Shown here: one piece after another, positions 57,991 to 64,000 of the stretch
Layout of the letters: the number at the start of each line of letters is the position of its first letter
How positions within the stretch are numbered: the first letter of the stretch is position 1
From: Geosiphon pyriformis uo1
Lineage: Eukaryota > Fungi > Glomeromycota
Direction: 5' to 3'
NCBI GenBank assembly: GCA_016748015.1
Contig: JAAOMT010000439.1
Coordinates: 1 to 64,000, forward strand
Length of the DNA stretch: 64,000 bases
The notes under the pieces: model-generated
What the model was told of the DNA's origin: nothing
What the model saw: only the letters and a program-made list of their open reading frames with translations
Databases searched by the model: none
Position numbers and translations under genes: made by a program

Positions 57991-60900
57991 TTCTCTTTTT
58001 ATTGTTTTTAATTTTATGTGTTCAGTTCAATAATTATAATTGATTCCAGATCTTATGGAATCTCATCTGGTTGGACTAGTATTCTTTGTATTCCTAATTG
58101 TGGAATATTATTGGTAGATGATGACACTATATGGTAATATGGTTTTAGTTGATCACCATATACTGCTTTGGTTAAGATTTTGTTGTTCCATCTTAATTTA
58201 TAAGCTCCATTTTCCAGAATTTCTTCTTATGTGAAATAGTCCATTTCATTTGGGGTCAAATTTTCCATTCTATTGTTTTTCTGCTTTGGTATGATGTAAA
58301 AGTACTTTGTCTCCAATCTTGAATTCAACTGATTTATCTGGTAGTTGGTTATCATGTCTTTCTTTTTGTTTTTTTTGTGACTTTTAAATGTTATTAGCTG
58401 TTTTTCACTGTTTGTTTTCTAGTGTTTCTATCAAGTTATATGTTTTTCTTAGCAACATTTCCTGAAAATTGTCTTTAGTTATTGGTTTTGTTAGATAAAT
58501 GTTGACTTCTATCTTAACTGGTAATGTTGCTGTTTTATCATATACTAATTCAAATGGTGTTGCTTGTGTAGTGTCTTGCTTCATTGTCCAATAAGCAAGT
58601 AATACTAATGGTATAAACAAGTCTCATTTGTTCTGGTTTTTTTGACTGATCTTGGCGATTGCTTTACACAATGTTCTATTGAATCTTTCAACTAATTTAT
58701 TGGTTTGTGGATAGTATGATAATAACAATGGTTTTTTAATTCCAAATCTTTGACTTAATTCTGTCAATGTTCTGTTCACAAAGTGAGTTTCTTGATCTGA
58801 CAGTAGTTCTTTTGAACATTTGTGTTAACAGATCAAATCTTGATAAATGAATTTGGCAATGGATTCTGTATTTGCTTTTGGCCATTTAGTAAGATAGTCC
58901 ATGGCTACTGCAATATATTTGTTGTCTCTGCTGGTGATTGTTAATGGTGCAACTAAGTTAATTCCAATGTGATCAAATGGTTGTCCCACTTTGATTGGTC
59001 TTAATGGTTTACTGGATTTTGTTTCTCCTCTTCTCTGACAAGCATCACAATTTTGAACATATTGGATGATGTCTGGATACATAGATGGCCAATAGTATTT
59101 TTTTCTAATTCTTTCTATAGTTGTCTCTTTATAAAAATGTTCTGTTGTTGGATCTGAGTACATGTTGAATAATATTGTTTTTTTTTCTGGTTCTGTGATT
59201 ACTCTGGTTGGTTGATCTAGATTCTTTCTGTTCTTTTGGTAAAGTATATTTTGATGGTCGATAAAATATTTTGATTGTTGTTTTATGTTCCTTTGTTCCT
59301 TTGTTCCTTTTGAGATAATTTTTCCTTGAACAATTAGATATTTATATAATATTGGAGTTGTTGGTATTTTTGTATATTTATCTTTTGTTATATTTTTGGG
59401 TTAAAGTGTTTTAGATTTGTCTTATTTGTGACAACCCATTGGCATTTCTGTTTTTTTTTCCTTTTTTATAATGTACTGTATAATTAAATGGTAAAAGTTT
59501 TATTTTCTATCTGGCATGGCAAATTTTTGTTTCTGAATTGAAGTTAATTCTTTATGATCTGTGCACACATCAAACTTTTGACTCAAGTATACTTTCTATT
59601 TCATAACTGCCTAATAGATGGCTAAATGTTCCAATGCTGATATTCTATAGTTCTTTTTAGCTGGACTTAAGCTTCTACTTGCATAAGCTACTGGATGTTT
59701 TTTTTTATCTGGTCTTTTCTGTAATAGTACTGCTCCCAATGCCTGGCCTGATACATTGGTGATAATGATAAATGGTTTGTTGTAAGCTGAATACATCAAC
59801 ACTGGAGCTTGAATAAGCTTTCTTCTCAGTGTGTTAAATGCTTCTTGTTGAGCTTTTGTCTATTTATACTTTACATTCTTAGTTTGTAAGTAATGAAGTG
59901 GCTGGGTCAGTTTAGAAAAGTTCTTGATAAAACGGCAATAATATCCAGTGAATCTCAAAAATGCTTTCAGTTCTGTCAAGTTGGTTAGTACTAAAAAGTT
60001 CTTTACTATTGCAATTTTATCTGAATCTATTTTAATTCTATTTTTGCTTACCCATGTCTCAAAAACTTGAGTTCAGTTTTCCCAAAGAAATATTTAATTG
60101 CATTTAGCTTTAATCCGACTCTTCTTAGTCTTTCAAACACTTGTTGGAGATGATACAAATGGTCATCAAATGTTTTTGAAAACACATTGGTGTCATCCAA
60201 GTATATGACTACTGATTTCTATAGTAGCCCAGTATATCCAATTTCCATTAGCCATTGGAATGTTGTTGGTGTATTCATCAAGCTAAATGACATTACTTCA
60301 AATTCAAAATTTCCTTTCCATGTTGTGAAAACTGTCTTCTCTTTATCTTTTGAGTTCATGGCTACTTGCCAGTAACTACTGTCTAAGTCTAACATTGAGA
60401 ACCATTTCTTTTCTTCAAAAGCATCGAAAAGTTCTTGGATCTTTTGAGTTGAATAGCTGTCTTCTTTTGTTACTTCATTCAGTTTTTGGTAATCCACACA
60501 AAAGCAGATTTTTCCATTCTTCTTATGGACTAGTACCACTGGTAATGACCATGAATTCATTGATAGCTGAATTAGTCTGTTGTCAAACATCCAATTGATT
60601 TCTTGACAGATGATCTCATAGCTAGCTGGTGGTACTCTGTATGCTCTCTGTTTAATTGGCATTGCATCTCTAGTTTTGATTTGATATTAGATGATGTTAG
60701 TTCTGCCAAATTCATTTTTGCTGGCAAAGATGTCATTAAAGTTGTTGAGCAACATCTTGAGCTGCATATGTTGAAATGGGTTCAAGTTTCCTATGTTTAT
60801 CTGTTTTAACTGTTCTGGTTAAAGCAGATAACATTTTTCTTATCTGTATATTGTTTGTAATATAATGTTTACATATCTGCACAATTGTGAAAAGTCTGGA

Positions 60901-61231
60901 ATGGTGTCTGGAAATTGGTCTTCAATTTCTGTGGTCAAGTATCCAATAGTGGTTCTTGCTGATATCTTAATGATATTTTCTGTGTTGTTGTAAATAGAGA
61001 TTTTAATATGACTGTGGTTCTTTGCTGGTATGTATAAGTTGACTAAACCAATTTCTCCTAATTTGCAAAGTGTTGCTTCTGCCTCAAAAATCTGAACCTG
61101 ATTCTTCACCTTTCTTTTTATGACTACCATGTACTAGTCATATGGTGAAATGAAAATTGGTTGATAAATAGAGATAATTTCTCCCTTGTCAATAATTTTT
61201 TCCTCTGTCATATTAACTGGTACATTTATTT

Positions 61232-61625
61232 TATCTGTTGATCTAAATCCTTGTATCCCTCTAACCATAATCTCTAACTTTTCCTTGTTTTCCACTGATA
61301 TTAATTGAGCTATTTTCACCAGAGGCAGGAATATTGCCTGTGTTATCTTTTTGTTTGGCTCTATAACATAGGCCTTTTCTGAATTGTTTTGTAGCATTAC
61401 AATAATATTTCCTACATATCCTACATCAATTATTCCTCCTCTAATGTTGATTCCTCTTTTTGCTAAACTATTCCTAGATGCTAGTTAAATCATTGTTGTT
61501 GCTGGGATTTCTAATGCTATTTTGAAATCAATGTATGTGTGCGAGTGTGGTTCCAATTTGATGGTGTTTTTCCCTGGATATCTCAAATCAAACCTGGCAT
61601 TAGTATCATGCACATGTTTTGGCAT
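61232..61625 (-). pseudogene. Retrotransposon-encoded dUTPase domain
   Basis: All five motifs recognisable: ARFDL, SRNSLAKRG, GIIDVGYVG, KITQ, RGIQGFRST; one in-frame TAA. Confidence 0.88.
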
Positions 61626-62447
61626 GATATCTTCATTGTTATTACTAAATCATTTAAGTTTCTGCTCCTTAGAGAGATTAGGAAGCATGATGTATGTTTC
61701 AGGATTTGAATTGGAATCCGAATTATTGTAATTTTCATTGCCATTTTGAACAGAGCTGGAACTATTATTTTTGTTGTCATAGTTGCCAGAGTTTGAATTG
61801 GAATTGAAAGTTGATTCCAATTTCAATGCACAGCTGCTAATTGGTTCTCCCTCTTCTGGGATTGTGTAGATCATGTGTGTTGGTGGATTGTAAATGAGAT
61901 CACACTCATTACAATATTGAAAGTCACAGAGAATTAAACAATGTTGACATAATCGAATATTCAACTGCTCTAAACACTGCTCTTGTTCTTCTTTAATGGG
62001 TGCTAAATTTTGATAGTGCTCATGGAATTCTTCTGGGCCTGTTTTTAGGTCCAGAAAAGCATCTGGATTGGAAACCAATACAATATTAACTAGTTCTAGA
62101 GGGTTGTTCTTGATTTCTCATATTTTACTGGACATAGTATCTTCTATTTTAGCATTTGCTATCTACCAGATCTCATCTTTGTCATGTAAGTAACCATCCA
62201 AGTGTGAGATTGCTCAGTGCCAGGCAGCAGTAACAGATGTTTTATGACTTACTTAGTTATTGATGAGGATTGTGTATTAGCACGAAGCATTACACATTCC
62301 TCTTCAACCAGAAATATTGTTCCACATTTCTTCATCAAGCAACTGTTTTTCACAAGTGAAACATGGTTCATTGTTTCACTTGTCTTGTTACTTTGGATAG
62401 CCATACTATTCTCTGTGGTATGGCTTGCAGTAATAGTGGATTTGCAT

Positions 62448-63505
62448 TGTTACCCGAGTAGAAAAACCGATCCAAAGTTATAAAGAAACATGACCAAAAC
62501 ATGACATAACACAGAATAACACACAATAATGTTGGATAACATGTTATAACGTAAGATAACATGTTATAATGCAGGATAATACAGAATAGCGTGCAATAAC
62601 ATAAGATAATATGTTATAATACAGGATAACACAGAATAACATGTAATAACATCAGATAACATGTTATAACATAGGATAACTAGTGATAACATAGAAAAAT
62701 GAAGCAATAACAAAAACAACAAAGCAATAGCTAGCGATAGCAAGACAATTAAAAGCAATCCTGTAAAACCAAAAGAATGTATAAAAGCAAGTAGTTGTAG
62801 AAATAAGAAAAGATAGATAGATACAAATCTCTAGACAAGAATTAAATATCCATACCCCTTCATTCTTTATTATCTTCCTTATTTCATCTCCTAAAATAAA
62901 CCAATTATTAAAAGAAATCTGAATCACGAATTTATGTTCTCGAACTTTGTGGAATTTACGTGAATTAACCCTTGTCTCGTACCTCCATTCTAGGACAGAT
63001 GCTCTTAGCATAACTGCCTCAAACCTATTAATGATTTGGACCAATTGCTCTTGATCATGGCGATTAACAATACTAATTTATCTTTTTTTTTCTTTTTTTT
63101 TCTTTTTCTGTCTTATTTTTGTGGAGTGACAACATAGTAAAATCGACTGTTTAGAAATAGACTTCATGATAGCCTGGTAAAAAAGGGAAGCTCTCCCTAA
63201 GTTTTGGATATTAACATTATCTTGTTAGCTTACCAGAAGAATGAAAAGACAATGCCAGACCCTAATGACTGCGCTCATTAGCTTGGAAAAGAAAGCTCAC
63301 ATTTACGAAAAATGTTGCAATCAATGAAAGACAAACTCTGTGCCTTATAACCAAAGAACTCAATGGGTAAATTTACATCCAGGAATAGACTTTTAGAGAC
63401 TGATAATCAAGACTAAGCCAACAGAATTATGTGGAAGACACATCATTCATAATTGAGAACACCAAACATTACCATTTTCCATACCCCCCAAGTTTACCTA
63501 TAACA
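62448..63505 (+). mobile_element. Solo LTR (1058 bp) inserted antisense in the Gypsy polyprotein
   Basis: TGTTAC...ATAACA termini; flanks GCAT/ATGT consistent with an eroded 4-bp TSD (GCGT); host frame rejoins (NYWT/MQIHYYCKP); TATAAAA ~62781; motifs shared with LTR 56421-57298. Confidence 0.82.
62485..62695. repeat. Degenerate ~10-bp-period ATAAC-core tandem array in LTR U3
   Basis: Repeated ATAACATGTT / ATAACACAGA / GGATAA units. Confidence 0.8.
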
Positions 63506-64000
63506 ATGTCCAGTAATTTTTGTTTGGTGCAAACCAAGCTCTCATGGAAGAAAGTTTCTTCTCACAGTCTTTGCATTTGAGAGATATGTATAGTGGTTTT
63601 GTTATTGGTTTTCATGAGTACTCTTTTTTCCAGTCACTAGTTATTTCTTCTGTGGCAGTAATTTCTTTAAGTAGGTCTTCTTCTTTCTTTTTTCTTTTTT
63701 CTTTGTCAGTTTCTTCCCATTCCCAGATTGGCAGTTTGTCTAAGCCATTGTTAGTTTACCAGGTTTGGTTTGCATTCCAGATAAGTTTTTTTTTTTGTGT
63801 TCTTTTTTTGTTGTCATTCCAAGAGAGTATTAGTAGTAATTTGTTGTGGTTTTTATTAGCCCATGACACTTAATAGGCTTCCCAAAGAGGTTTGCTTATC
63901 TTTTCCTCGAGTTCTATTAATGATGTTGGCACATTAGTGGTCTTAAAATAACTGCACATTGCTGGTGTTCACATATGTTGGCCATTTTGGCTGATTTGCA

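Larger units (their letters stand above)
57299..64000 (-). mobile_element. Ty3/Gypsy internal region: Cys-rich domain, dUTPase, RT, RNase H, integrase, extra ORF (5' part outside window)
   Basis: PIKQRAYRVP, FCVDYQKLN, YLDD (~60193-60204), HPVAYASRSLS, YYWPSM..CDACQ, DYLTKWP, TPFELVY. Confidence 0.93.

Noticed and set aside
62485-62695. Possible CRISPR array or telomeric repeat
   Set aside because: Degenerate ~10-bp units with no unique spacers, lying inside an LTR of a eukaryotic genome
63165-63245. Hairpin ribozyme suggested by CCTGGTA/TACCAGA
   Set aside because: Loop A and loop B consensus sequences are missing; kept only as an unassigned structured element

Overview
Eukaryotic (fungal) genomic DNA. 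Intron style, gene set and TE families suggest Mucoromycota/Glomeromycotina, possibly Geosiphon-like (inference). Compact, intron-rich housekeeping blocks alternate with nested retrotransposon islands. Genes: RTR1/RPAP2 (partial), monoglyceride lipase, SMN, DHX35, FIS1, NDUFAF6, AP-1 sigma, SEC16, RPL22, RPC5, an SR/TRA2-like RRM protein and a PPR protein. TE islands lie at about 13.9-19.0, 26.8-45.6 and 53.3-64.0 kb. Main observations: (1) a full-length APE-RT-RNaseH LINE with a 13-bp TSD, nested antisense in an older copy of its own family; (2) an ORF1-only, HAL1-like non-autonomous retroelement with its own 13-bp TSD that shares only a structured 3' UTR with that LINE; (3) Ty3/Gypsy elements with a Cys-rich plus dUTPase insert before RT and a conserved extra ORF after integrase; (4) two diverged LTRs that keep mutually complementary sequence blocks over about 400 nt, suggesting a structured RNA; (5) strong C>T/G>A erosion restricted to repeats. 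Exon boundaries and alignments were read by eye.
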